A DNA stretch of 64,000 bases, from NCBI RefSeq assembly GCF_013149785.1, contig NZ_JABEZU010000002.1, forward strand, positions 806,001 to 870,000. The letters are read 5' to 3'. A model generated the notes under the pieces. That model was not told the origin of the DNA, did no database searches, and saw nothing but the letters and a program-made list of their open reading frames with translations. The position numbers were made by a program, and so were the translations under genes. The DNA comes from Isoptericola halotolerans. GTDB lineage: Bacteria > Actinomycetota > Actinomycetes > Actinomycetales > Cellulomonadaceae. The number at the start of each line of letters is the position of its first letter. Positions within the stretch are counted from its first letter, which is position 1. This document shows, one piece after another, positions 1-9,447 of the stretch.

Positions 1-1707
1 GTTGGCCATGTCGAACTCGAGGACGGCCTCGTAGCCGAGACCGTTGGCGGTGTTCTGCATCGAGGTGAGCAGGCTCTCGAACTCGGCCTCGTCCTTGGCG
101 AAGACCATCTTCCAGGAGTGCTCGATGATGGCGGCCTTGGCCTGGTTGCGGTTCGCCTCGATCTCGCTGCCGTCCGGGGGTGCGACGTAGCTCGCGCCCG
201 GTGCGACGATCAGCTCGCCGGCGGTCTCGAGGTACTCCATGGCGGTCGTCGCACCACCCACGCGAGAGCTCCAGTCCTCGGTGAGCGGGTTCGCCACCGA
301 CTCCTGGTAGCTCGGCCAGTAGGTGTAGCTGTAGGGGGAGTCGATCTCCGGGTTCACGTCCTTGGGCAGGACGGTGTTGATGTTGAGCGCCGACACGCCG
401 TCCTCGTAGGCGCCGCCACCCCACTCGGCGGGCACGTCGGCGCCGCCCTCGAGGAAGACCTGCCGGCCGAAGTCGGTCAGCGCCGGCTCGCCGTCGTCGC
501 CGAGCTCCCAGGTCAGGCCCTCCGGGCCGGCGGAGCCCATGGTCTGCGAGGAGTTGGCCATGACACCCTCGGGCGAGTACAGCCAGTCGATGAACGCCGC
601 GAGGCGCTCGGGGTCCTCCGCGCCGGACCCGATGCCCAGGATCTGCTGACCACCGTAGACCTCGGCACCGTAGGAGAAGACCTTCTGGTCGTCCAGGGGG
701 AGGAGCTCGAATCCCTTGCCCTCGGCCATGCGCTCCTCGGTGTTGTACGCGGACTGGCCGAGCCAGGGCCACCAGGCGAGGAGCACCTGCCCGTTCTGGT
801 ACTTGGAGAACATCGTGTCGTAGTTCTGCGTGGTCGACTCGGGGTCGACGAGGCCCATCTGGTTGGCGTCGAAGTAGAACCTCAGCGCGCGGACGTACTC
901 CGAGTCGGAGTCGATGATGCTCTGGTAGTCGGAGCCGTCGGCCGCTGCCAGGACGAATCCGAGCTCGTCGTACCCGTAGAGCGTGGCGGGCTGCTTGGCG
1001 GTGACCATCATGTTGCCGTCCCAGTCCCCGAAGAGCGAGATCGCATAGGTCGGCTGGCCGTTCTCGGCCTCCGGCTGCGCCCGCTGCATCTCCTGCAGGA
1101 CGGGCAGGAGGTCCTCGAGCGTCGAGACGTCCGGGTAGCCGATCTCACCGTAGAGGTCCCACCGCAGGTAGGCGCCGAACGTGGGCTCGAGGCCCTCGGA
1201 CGGCTCGGTGGGCAGCAGGGTCGAGACCGCCGTGGGGAACCCGTAGACGCCGTCGGAGCCCTCGTTGAGCTTCTCGACCGCAGGGTCGAACGGGGCGACG
1301 TTCTCCATCGACTCGTAGTAGCGCGACGCGTCGAGCAGGAGCCCGCCCTGGATGAGCTCGTCCATCTGCTGGCCCTTGTCGACGATGACGAGGTCGCCCA
1401 GGTCGCCGCCCGAGACGCGGGTGTTGTACAGCGTGTCACCCCCGCCGGCGACGTTGGGAGCGATGATGTTGAGCTCCATGTTGAACTTGTCCTCGACGAT
1501 CTTGCCGAACCACCCGGACTGGATCCCCATGTAGTTGGCCAGCCCGGAGAAGACGTCGACCGTGATGGGGTCGGCCTGCGACCAGTCCTGGTCGATGCTC
1601 ACCGCCTCGGTGGACTCGTTCTCACCTCCCGGCCCGGAGCAGGCGGTCAGGGAGAGAGCCCCGACCAGTGGTGCGACCAGGATCGCCGCTGCCTTTCTCG
1701 ACTTCAT
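1..1707 (-). CDS. Sugar ABC transporter substrate-binding lipoprotein (3' end runs off the window)
   Basis: Not in the ORF track. Manual translation from ATG 1707 gives MKSRKAAAILVAPLVGALSLTAC (lipobox), then SBP-like sequence (KFNMELNIIAP, YLRWDLY, FIDWLYSPEG), open to base 1; follows two permeases. Confidence 0.9.
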   Translation of the reverse strand, partial: MKSRKAAAILVAPLVGALSLTACSGPGGENESTEAVSIDQDWSQADPITVDVFSGLANYMGIQSGWFGKIVEDKFNMELNIIAPNVAGGGDTLYNTRVSGGDLGDLVIVDKGQQMDELIQGGLLLDASRYYESMENVAPFDPAVEKLNEGSDGVYGFPTAVSTLLPTEPSEGLEPTFGAYLRWDLYGEIGYPDVSTLEDLLPVLQEMQRAQPEAENGQPTYAISLFGDWDGNMMVTAKQPATLYGYDELGFVLAAADGSDYQSIIDSDSEYVRALRFYFDANQMGLVDPESTTQNYDTMFSKYQNGQVLLAWWPWLGQSAYNTEERMAEGKGFELLPLDDQKVFSYGAEVYGGQQILGIGSGAEDPERLAAFIDWLYSPEGVMANSSQTMGSAGPEGLTWELGDDGEPALTDFGRQVFLEGGADVPAEWGGGAYEDGVSALNINTVLPKDVNPEIDSPYSYTYWPSYQESVANPLTEDWSSRVGGATTAMEYLETAGELIVAPGASYVAPPDGSEIEANRNQAKAAIIEHSWKMVFAKDEAEFESLLTSMQNTANGLGYEAVLEFDMAN

Positions 1708-1737
1708 GACACCCCTTCGTGTTGCGTTGGCGCGCGG

Positions 1738-2694
1738 TCAGCCCTTGACCGCGCCGAGCATGATGCCCTTGACGAAATACCGTTGGAAGAGCGGATAGAT
1801 GAAGATGATCGGCAGCACCACGATCACGGCGACGGTCATCCGTATCGACGTCGGCGTCTGGGAGGTCGCTGCCGACACGATGGAGCCGAGGTTTCCCTGC
1901 GCGTTCTGAGCGGCCTGCGCCAGGCTGCTCGCCTGGTTGGTGTAGGTGTAGAGCAGGTACTGCAGCGAGTACAGGCTCTGGTCGGTGACGTAGAGCAGCG
2001 TGTCCTGGAAGGAGTTCCACTGCGTGACCGCGGTGAAGATCGCCACCGTCGCGAGGATCGGTGTCATGTTGGGCAGGATGATCCGGAAGAACGTCCGGAA
2101 CGTGCCGGCGCCGTCGATCTCCGCCGCCTCCTGCAGGGACCGTGGCATCGCCTCGACGTAGGTCTTGACGAGGATGATGTTGAAGGGCTGGACGATCAAC
2201 GGGATGATGTAGACCCAGAACGAGTTCGTCAGCCCGAGCGTCTTCATCGTGATGTACATGGGGATGAGCCCGGCGCTGAAGTACATCGTGAAGATCGTCA
2301 GGCGGTACCACAGGGAGCGCTTCCACATGCGTTCCTGGGTGAACATGAACCCGAGGAACGCCGAGGCGAGGACGGTGCAGACCGTCCCGATCACCGTCCG
2401 TGCCACGGAGACGATCGCGGCGCTCGACAACCCCTGCAGCCCGGCGATCTGCTCGTAGTTGGACAGGTGGAGGCCCTGGGGGAGCAGCCGGACATCACCC
2501 AGTGCGCTCGCGTCGTTGGCGCTGACCGAGTTGATGATGAGGTAGTAGAACGGGTAGGCGCACAGCAGCGCCATGAGGAGGAACCCGGTGTAGTTCACGA
2601 TCGCGAACGGGATGTCCCCCCGCGTCCGCTGCGAGCTCGGGGGAGTGCTCTTGCGAGGCTTCCTCACCGGCAGGGGAGACGGTGTCGTCACCAT
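1738..2694 (-). CDS. Carbohydrate ABC transporter permease (MalG/LplC-like)
   Basis: Multiple TM segments; EAA loop SLQEAAEIDGAG; C-terminus FQRYFVKGIMLGAVKG. Confidence 0.93.
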   Translation of the reverse strand: MVTTPSPLPVRKPRKSTPPSSQRTRGDIPFAIVNYTGFLLMALLCAYPFYYLIINSVSANDASALGDVRLLPQGLHLSNYEQIAGLQGLSSAAIVSVARTVIGTVCTVLASAFLGFMFTQERMWKRSLWYRLTIFTMYFSAGLIPMYITMKTLGLTNSFWVYIIPLIVQPFNIILVKTYVEAMPRSLQEAAEIDGAGTFRTFFRIILPNMTPILATVAIFTAVTQWNSFQDTLLYVTDQSLYSLQYLLYTYTNQASSLAQAAQNAQGNLGSIVSAATSQTPTSIRMTVAVIVVLPIIFIYPLFQRYFVKGIMLGAVKG

Positions 2695-2709
2695 GTCTTG
2701 ACGCCCTCC

Positions 2710-3720
2710 TCAGATGATCGACGTGCCACGGGCACGCTTGGCGACGGCGTTGGCCGCCACGAGCAGCAGGACCGATATCAGGCTCTTGAGCATGCCGATG
2801 GCCGTGGCCATCGACAGGCTGTTCCCCGTGATCCCGATGTTGTAGACGTACAGGTCCAGCACCTGGATGTACTCCTTGTTGAACGCGTTCTGGAAGACGT
2901 AGTACTGCTCCATGCCGTTGTTGAGCATGTTGGCGATGGACAGCACCAGGAGGACCACGTAGGTGGGCATCAGGTGCGGGAAGGTGATGTACCGCATGAT
3001 CTGGAAGCGGCCGGCGCCGTCGATCCGCGCCGACTCGTACAGGGCGGGGTCGATCGCCGCGATCGCGGCGAGGTAGAGGATCGCCCCCCACCCGAGGCCT
3101 TTCCACAGGCTCCACAGGAGCATCGCCAGCCACACGTGCTGATCGGTGTCGAGGAACTTGATGGGCGTGGTGATGAGTCCCGAGTCGTGCAGGACCGAGT
3201 TCACCAGCCCCGAGGTGGAGAACAGCGAGAACGCGATCATGTAGACGAGCACCCACGAGATGAAGTTCGGCAGCGTTGTCAGCGTCTGGACGCTGTTGCG
3301 GAACCAAGGGGCCCTGATCTCGTTGAGCAGCATCGCGAAGAACACGGGCAGCAGGGACGTCGCGAATCCCAGGAAGCTCATCGCGAGGGTGTTCGTCAGC
3401 ACCTGCCCGATCTGCTGCATCTGCGTCGGGGAGGACACCAGCATCTCGAACCACTGGAACCCGACGAACTCGCTGCCGGACATCCCGAGGGCGGGGCGGT
3501 AGTCGTAGAAGGCGGTGACCCAGCCGGCGAGCGGGAGGTACGAGAAGAGGAAGATCAGCACCAGGAACGGCAGGATCATCAGGAAGAGCGTCTTCGAGGA
3601 CTGCGCGCTCCTGACCTCCCGCGAGCCGCGCCGACGCCGCGGGTCCGGCGCGGGGCGGAGCTTCGCGGGCGCCGCAGCGTTGGCCTCCGCCGTCGTCGGC
3701 GTTCCCTGGGTCAGGCTCAC
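2710..3720 (-). CDS. Carbohydrate ABC transporter permease (MalF/LplB-like)
   Basis: TM segments; LPNFISWV, WKGLGWGAILYLAAI, LYESARIDGAGR. Confidence 0.93.
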   Translation of the reverse strand: MSLTQGTPTTAEANAAAPAKLRPAPDPRRRRGSREVRSAQSSKTLFLMILPFLVLIFLFSYLPLAGWVTAFYDYRPALGMSGSEFVGFQWFEMLVSSPTQMQQIGQVLTNTLAMSFLGFATSLLPVFFAMLLNEIRAPWFRNSVQTLTTLPNFISWVLVYMIAFSLFSTSGLVNSVLHDSGLITTPIKFLDTDQHVWLAMLLWSLWKGLGWGAILYLAAIAAIDPALYESARIDGAGRFQIMRYITFPHLMPTYVVLLVLSIANMLNNGMEQYYVFQNAFNKEYIQVLDLYVYNIGITGNSLSMATAIGMLKSLISVLLLVAANAVAKRARGTSII

Positions 3721-3762
3721 CTGTCACTCCCTCGTGATGGTTCGGCGCGAGGACGACCGTTC

Positions 3763-3778
3763 GTCGAAGCGCTTCGAC
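3763..3778. promoter_or_regulatory. LacI-type operator, perfect palindrome GTCGAAGCGCTTCGAC
   Basis: Perfect 16-bp palindrome with central CG in the divergent intergenic region; recurs at 12023 and 14276. Confidence 0.75.
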
Positions 3779-4000
3779 ATTAGTACCACCGGGAACCGTT
3801 CCAGCGCAACGATGTCCACCGGCGATCGGCCGCGCGGGGGCAGCAGTCGTGACCAAGATGTGATCTGGCCGTCTTGACCGACGCTTTCGGCTGTGGAAGT
3901 TTATCGATCAACGTAAATCGTTTTCGGCCCTTTGCACCGGATGCAGGGACGGACGCGGCACTCCCGGCGACGGCGCCGGGCGGACTCGAGGGAGAGAGCC

Positions 4001-5701
4001 ATGACCAGACGACACGCGGGGCGGACCGGGCGCAACCGGCGGCTGGCCGCCGGGACGGCTGCCATGACATCGGCAGCGCTGGTGCTGGCGGCGTGCAGCA
4101 GCGGCAGCACGGGGGGCGACGGCGGCGGTGACCGTGACGGTGACGGTGACACGGTGGCTCTCGAGTGTGCGCAGGACAGCGAGGCGGACGCGCAGTTCAC
4201 CGCAGCCGAGGCCACCTCGCTCGGGATCCTGTGGACGGACTGGCCGGACTACCCGATCAAGGACTCGTGGCAGATCTTCGACGAGATCGAGAACCGCACC
4301 AACGTGCGGCTCGAGACGACGAACATCCCCTTCAGCGACGCCGAGGAGAAGCGGGGTCTGCTGATCAGCGCCGGCGACGCGCCACCCCTGGTCCCTCTCA
4401 TCTACACCGGGGACGAGCAGCAGTACGCGGCGTCGGGGGCGGTCCTGCCCCTGAGCGACTACGCCGAGTACATGCCGAACTTCCAGAAGTACGTCGAGGA
4501 GTGGGAGCTCGGCGAGATGGTCGAGAACCTGCGCCAGGCCGACGGCAAGTACTACATGACCCCCGGCCTGCAAGAGGTGTCCGTCCCGGTCTTCACGCTC
4601 CTGATCCGCAAGGACGTCTTCGACGAGGTCGGCGCTCCCGTCCCGGACACGTGGGACGAGCTGCGCGAGGGTCTGCGGCTGATCAAGGAGGCCTACCCCG
4701 ACAGCCGTCCGCTCGCGGACGGGTTCGAGGGACAGTCGATGCTCAACTACGCCGCCCACGCGTTCGGCACCGTCGCGGGCTGGGGCTTCGGCAACGGCAT
4801 GTTCTACGACGAGCAGACCGACGCCTTCGAGTACGCGCCCACCACCGAGGGCTACAAGAACATGGTGGAGTACTTCCACGGCCTGGTCGAGGACGGGCTG
4901 CTCGACACGGAGTCGTTCACCGAGCAGAACGACGGCATGGGCACCGTCCAGGAGAAGTTCGCCAACGAGGTCGTGTTCGCGGCGTCCGGGGCGGCCGGCA
5001 CGGTGCAGGAGTTCGGCTCGGCGCTGAAGGCTGCCCAGCCCGACGCCGAGTTCGAGATCGTCCAGCTGCCGCCCCCCGGCGGCGACGCCGGCGCCGTCGT
5101 CGAGCCGCGGAACTTCTGGAACGGCTTCATGATCACGTCCGAGGCCGCGGACGACCCCGACCTGTGCACGTACATCCAGTTCGCCGACTGGCTCTACTAC
5201 AACCAGGACGCCCGCGAGATGCTGCAGTGGGGCATCGAGGGGGAGACCTACACCAAGGACGCCGACGGGACGATCACGCTCAACCCGGAGTACAAGTACG
5301 AGTCGTACAACATCAACACCGACGAGGGTTCCATCGACATCAAGGCGGACCTCGGCTGGGCGAACGACGTCCTGGCCGGTTCCACCGAGTCCCGGAGCCT
5401 CAAGGAGTCGTACAACCCGGAGCAGTTCGTCGACTACCTCGACGTCGTGACGTCCACGCGGACTCCCCGCGAGCCCTTCCCGCCCGCGCCCCTGACGGAG
5501 GACGAGCTCGAGCGGGCGTCGCTCATGGCGACTCCTCTGAAGGACACGGTCGACACCGCCACGCTGCAGTTCATCCTGGGCCAGCGGGACATGAGCGAGT
5601 GGGACGACTTCGTCACCCAGCTCGACGGCCAGGGGCTGCCGGCCTACGTCGAGCTCATCAACGAGGCCAAGGACCGGTTCGCCGAGAACCAGGGTTCCTG
5701 A
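4001..5701 (+). CDS. Sugar ABC transporter substrate-binding lipoprotein
   Basis: ATG 4001 after GGAGAG; lipobox LAAC; acidic SBP sequence (IRKDVFDEVG, FADWLY, WGIEGETY); followed by permeases. Confidence 0.92.
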   Translation: MTRRHAGRTGRNRRLAAGTAAMTSAALVLAACSSGSTGGDGGGDRDGDGDTVALECAQDSEADAQFTAAEATSLGILWTDWPDYPIKDSWQIFDEIENRTNVRLETTNIPFSDAEEKRGLLISAGDAPPLVPLIYTGDEQQYAASGAVLPLSDYAEYMPNFQKYVEEWELGEMVENLRQADGKYYMTPGLQEVSVPVFTLLIRKDVFDEVGAPVPDTWDELREGLRLIKEAYPDSRPLADGFEGQSMLNYAAHAFGTVAGWGFGNGMFYDEQTDAFEYAPTTEGYKNMVEYFHGLVEDGLLDTESFTEQNDGMGTVQEKFANEVVFAASGAAGTVQEFGSALKAAQPDAEFEIVQLPPPGGDAGAVVEPRNFWNGFMITSEAADDPDLCTYIQFADWLYYNQDAREMLQWGIEGETYTKDADGTITLNPEYKYESYNINTDEGSIDIKADLGWANDVLAGSTESRSLKESYNPEQFVDYLDVVTSTRTPREPFPPAPLTEDELERASLMATPLKDTVDTATLQFILGQRDMSEWDDFVTQLDGQGLPAYVELINEAKDRFAENQGS

Positions 5702-5720
5702 CCGTCGCCGATCGATCGGT

Positions 5721-5764
5721 CCCGGGACGGGTCGGACGCCCTGTGCGTCCCGGCCCGTCCCGGG
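5721..5764 (+). terminator. Intercistronic stem-loop between SBP and permease genes
   Basis: Arms CCCGGGACGGG / CCCGTCCCGGG with further inner pairing. Confidence 0.5.
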
Positions 5765-5783
5765 GCCCGACGAAGGAGTTCGC

Positions 5784-6812
5784 ATGAGCGTCATCCCAGC
5801 GCGGGGCGGCGGGGAGAAGGTCGGCGTGGTGCCGAGCTCTGCGGTCGCCCCGGCGTCACCGCCGGGGGCCGGGCCCGGTCAGCAGATCGCGGTGCGTCGC
5901 CGGTCCGCCAAGGTCCCCTGGCGCACCGCGTTGCGCCGCGACTGGCCGCTGTACGCGATGGCACTGCTGCCGGTCGTCTTCCTGCTGATCTTCCGGTACG
6001 TCCCGATGCTCGGGAACGTCATCGCCTTCCGGAGGTTCCGCCCCGGAGGGTCGATCTTCGGTGACGAGTGGGTCGGCCTGCGCTACATCGACATGTTCAT
6101 CGCCGACCCGACCTTCTGGCAGGTCTTCTGGAACACGGCGATCCTCGGCGGGCTCTCCCTGGTCATCGTCTTCCCGCTGCCGATCGTGCTGGCTCTCATG
6201 CTCAACGAGGTCCGCAAACGGGCCTTCAAGCGCACGATCCAGTCGATCACGTACCTGCCACACTTCCTGTCGATCGTCATCGTCGCCGGGATGGTCATGC
6301 AGCTGCTGTCGCTCGAGGGCACGGTGAACCAGATCATCGGTGCCTTCGGGGGTGAACCGATCGCGTTCCTGCAGCGGGCCGAGTGGTTCCGGACGATCTA
6401 CGTCACCTCGGAGATCTGGCAGACCGTCGGCTGGGGCACGATCCTGTACCTCGCGGCGCTGACCACGATCGACCAGCAGCTCTACGAGGCCGCCGTCATC
6501 GACGGCGCCAACCGGTGGCGGCAGACATGGCACGTCACGCTGCCGGGGATCCGGCCGATGATGGTGACCCTGCTCATCCTCAACGTGGGCACGTTCCTCA
6601 ACGTCGGGTTCGAGAAGGTGCTGCTGCTCTACAACCCGCTGACCTACGCCACCGCGGACGTGATCTCCACGTACCTGTACCGCGTGGGTCTGGTGGCCAA
6701 CAACTTCAGCTATGCCGCAGCGATCGGACTGTTCCAGGCCATCATCGGCCTCGTGATGGTCCTGGGGGCGAACCTCGTCGCGCGTCGACTGGTGGGGACG
6801 AGTCTATGGTGA
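5784..6812 (+). CDS. Carbohydrate ABC transporter permease (LplB-like)
   Basis: YLPHFLS, WQTVGWGTILYLAAL, LYEAAVIDGANR. Confidence 0.93.
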   Translation: MSVIPARGGGEKVGVVPSSAVAPASPPGAGPGQQIAVRRRSAKVPWRTALRRDWPLYAMALLPVVFLLIFRYVPMLGNVIAFRRFRPGGSIFGDEWVGLRYIDMFIADPTFWQVFWNTAILGGLSLVIVFPLPIVLALMLNEVRKRAFKRTIQSITYLPHFLSIVIVAGMVMQLLSLEGTVNQIIGAFGGEPIAFLQRAEWFRTIYVTSEIWQTVGWGTILYLAALTTIDQQLYEAAVIDGANRWRQTWHVTLPGIRPMMVTLLILNVGTFLNVGFEKVLLLYNPLTYATADVISTYLYRVGLVANNFSYAAAIGLFQAIIGLVMVLGANLVARRLVGTSLW

Positions 6813-7732
6813 CCAAAGACATCTTGAGCGCGCCGACGACGCACGGCGCCGTCGGGCCGCGTGACAGCAGGGGCTACCGCGTGTTCACGAGGGTGAACCT
6901 CACGCTGCTCGTCCTGATCTCGCTGATGATGCTCTACCCGTTCGTCACGATCGTCGCCCAGTCGCTGTCCGACCCGGCGGCGATCCGGGCAGGCATGGTG
7001 AGCTTCTGGCCGGTCGGGTTCAACACCGACACGTACAGCGCCGTGGCGCAGAACTCGATGTTCTGGACGAACTACCGGAACACCGTGGTGTACACCGTGG
7101 TGGGAACCACCATCGCCATGATCCTGACGACGACGTTCGCGTACGTCATCGCCAAGCCGCACCTGCGTGGTCGCGGGCTGCTCGTCGGGATCGCCGTGTT
7201 CACCATGTTCTTCAACGGCGGGCTGATCCCCAACTACGTCCTCATCTCGTCGTTGGGGATGACGAACACGATGTGGGCGATCGTGCTGCCCGGGGCGATC
7301 AACGTCTTCAACCTGCTGATCATGAAGTCGTTCTTCGAGAACCAGCCCCAGGAGCTCGAGGAGGCGGCGGCGATCGACGGGCTCGGATGGTTCGGCATCT
7401 TCGGCCGGATCGTCCTCCCGCTGTCGAAGGCGGTCATCGCGACGATGATCCTCTTCTACTCGGTGTTCTTCTGGAACGACTGGTTCGCGGCCTTCCTGTA
7501 CCTCGATCGCCAGGAGCTCTTCCCGGTCACGCTGTACATCCGCAACCTCATCGCCGGTGCGTCGTCGGCGACCTCCGAGGGCGCCGCGCTGTCGGGGATG
7601 AGCACCGAGCTCCTCAGCGCGAACATCCGCGAGGTGACGATCATCCTGACGATCATCCCGATCCTGTGCGTCTACCCCTTCGTGCAGCGCTACTTCGTCT
7701 CGGGCATCATGCTCGGTTCGGTCAAGGGCTGA
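6806..7732 (+). CDS. Carbohydrate ABC transporter permease (LplC-like)
   Basis: Start overlaps the upstream stop; FNGGLIPNY, ELEEAAAIDG, VQRYFVSGIMLGSVKG. Confidence 0.92.
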   Translation: MVTKDILSAPTTHGAVGPRDSRGYRVFTRVNLTLLVLISLMMLYPFVTIVAQSLSDPAAIRAGMVSFWPVGFNTDTYSAVAQNSMFWTNYRNTVVYTVVGTTIAMILTTTFAYVIAKPHLRGRGLLVGIAVFTMFFNGGLIPNYVLISSLGMTNTMWAIVLPGAINVFNLLIMKSFFENQPQELEEAAAIDGLGWFGIFGRIVLPLSKAVIATMILFYSVFFWNDWFAAFLYLDRQELFPVTLYIRNLIAGASSATSEGAALSGMSTELLSANIREVTIILTIIPILCVYPFVQRYFVSGIMLGSVKG

Positions 7733-7738
7733 GCCGCG

Positions 7739-8419
7739 ATGAGGACCCCGGCCGAGCACGGCAGCGGACCGCTCTCGCAGATCGCGGGAGCGGTGTTCCG
7801 CTACACCGTGCTCGGCCTGTGCCTGGTGGTGACGTGCGCCCCCACCCTGGTGGTGATCGTGCTGCTCGGCCAGGGGTCGTCCACCGTGCCGTTCCAGGTG
7901 CTCGCGCTGCTGCCGGTGGCGCCGGCGCTCTCGGCCGGGCTCTGGGCTGTCCGCGGGTGGCAGCAGGACGCCGACGCCTCGGCGTTCCTGCTCTTCGTCC
8001 GCGGGTGCCGGCGCAACGTGGGCGACGTGCTGAGGTGGTGGGTGCCGACGCTCGCGGTCGGCGGGGTGCTCGGGGCAAACGTCGCGCTCGCCGACGTGGT
8101 CCCGGGGGCCGAGCTCGTGCGGGGGCTGTCGATCGTCGTGGCCGTGCTGCTGCCGCTCTGGTCCGGGCAGATGCTGATCGTGACGACGTTCTTCGCGTTC
8201 CGCACGAGGGACGCCGCCCGGATCGCCGCCGCCGAGCTCTTCTCGTCCTGGCGGGTCACGCTCGCCCACGTGTCGCTGCTCGTCGTCGCGGTCGGGGTGG
8301 TCCGCCTGGGCACGGAGGCGCTCCTGCTGTTCTGTGCCTGGGCGTTCGTCGCCCTGCTCGAGGTCTCCTCGCGGCCGACCGTCCGGGACGTCCGCGTGCG
8401 GTTCACGGTCCGAGCCTGA
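7739..8419 (+). CDS. Membrane protein, probably YesL/DUF624-like accessory of sugar ABC operons
   Basis: About 5-6 hydrophobic segments, PVAPALSAG motif, 6 bp after the permease. Family is inferred from context. Confidence 0.6.
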   Translation: MRTPAEHGSGPLSQIAGAVFRYTVLGLCLVVTCAPTLVVIVLLGQGSSTVPFQVLALLPVAPALSAGLWAVRGWQQDADASAFLLFVRGCRRNVGDVLRWWVPTLAVGGVLGANVALADVVPGAELVRGLSIVVAVLLPLWSGQMLIVTTFFAFRTRDAARIAAAELFSSWRVTLAHVSLLVVAVGVVRLGTEALLLFCAWAFVALLEVSSRPTVRDVRVRFTVRA

Positions 8420-8430
8420 GGCCGGACGCC

Positions 8431-9444
8431 TCAGCCCGGGGTGCCCGGTCCTTGGGCTGAGCTGCCGCGTTCGGTGAGCACCGGCGCGAGCAGCCGGGTC
8501 TCCGACGGTCGGGCGTTCTCGAGCCGTGCCATCGCCATCTCCACGGCCACCGCGCCGATCACCTCTCCGGGGATGTCGATGCTCGTCATCGGCACGTGCT
8601 GCGACAGGGCGATGTCGTGCGGGCACACGGCGACGACGGCGGTGTCGCGGCCGACGTCGCGGCCCCGTTCCCGCAGGTGCGCGAGGACGTGCGGCAGCGC
8701 CCTCTCGTTGTGGACCACGAAGCCGGTGGTGTCGGGGGCCTGGTCGAGCACGGCGTCGACGGCGCTGCGCGCGGCGTCGGGCGTCGACCCGCACGCCTGC
8801 ACCACGCCGGTCAGGGAGCTCTGCGCGCACTCGGCGGTGAACCCGCGGAACACTCGGTCGGCGTACGACGTGTGCCGGGCCATGACCTCGGGCGGGGACC
8901 CGATGAGCACCACGTCGCGGTGGCCCGTCTGCGCCAGGTGACGGGCAGCGAGCCGCCCGGTCGCCTCGAAGTCGAGGTCCACGCAGCTCAGTCCACCGGC
9001 GTCGCGGGGCAGTCCGATGAGCACGGCCGGCTGCTTCACGGTGCCGAGCAGGGGGATGCGCTCGTCGTCCGCCTCGACGTCCATGACGACGATCGCGTCG
9101 ACCATGGAACCGGCTGCCACCCGTTCGACCCCGGTCACGTCGTCCTGGGTGAGCAGCAGCACGTCGTGCTCGAAGTCCCGGGCCCGCGTGACCACCCCGG
9201 TGACGAACTGCATGATGACGGAGACGTCGACGCCGGAGCGCAGCGGTGCCATGAGCCCGATGACGTGCGTGCGCCGGGAGGCCAGCGCCCGGGCGCCCAT
9301 GTGCGGTCGGTAGCCGAGGTCGGCGATCGCCTGCTCGACCCGTCGGCGGGTCGGCGCCGAGATCGAGCGCTTCTGCGACAGCACGTACGACACCGTGGAC
9401 GACGACACGCCGGCGGCACGCGCGACGTCCTCGATGGTGGCCAT
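8431..9444 (-). CDS. LacI-family transcriptional regulator
   Basis: HTH MATIEDVARAAGVSSSTVSYVL, hinge LGYRP..GARALAS, sugar-binding domain. Confidence 0.96.
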   Translation of the reverse strand: MATIEDVARAAGVSSSTVSYVLSQKRSISAPTRRRVEQAIADLGYRPHMGARALASRRTHVIGLMAPLRSGVDVSVIMQFVTGVVTRARDFEHDVLLLTQDDVTGVERVAAGSMVDAIVVMDVEADDERIPLLGTVKQPAVLIGLPRDAGGLSCVDLDFEATGRLAARHLAQTGHRDVVLIGSPPEVMARHTSYADRVFRGFTAECAQSSLTGVVQACGSTPDAARSAVDAVLDQAPDTTGFVVHNERALPHVLAHLRERGRDVGRDTAVVAVCPHDIALSQHVPMTSIDIPGEVIGAVAVEMAMARLENARPSETRLLAPVLTERGSSAQGPGTPG

Positions 9445-9447
9445 GGC

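Noticed and set aside
118..3783. 1221-aa + strand ORF and similar long antisense ORFs (e.g. 8596-12027, 22508-24646, 59363-62110)
   Set aside because: Shadow frames opposite clear genes; high GC suppresses stops and the translations have no recognisable motifs.
3791..3804. GGGAACCGTTCCAG as an extra operator
   Set aside because: Poor symmetry and a weak match to the consensus.
4115..4150. GGTGAC-type short tandem repeat
   Set aside because: Encodes the Gly/Asp linker after the lipobox; ordinary low complexity.
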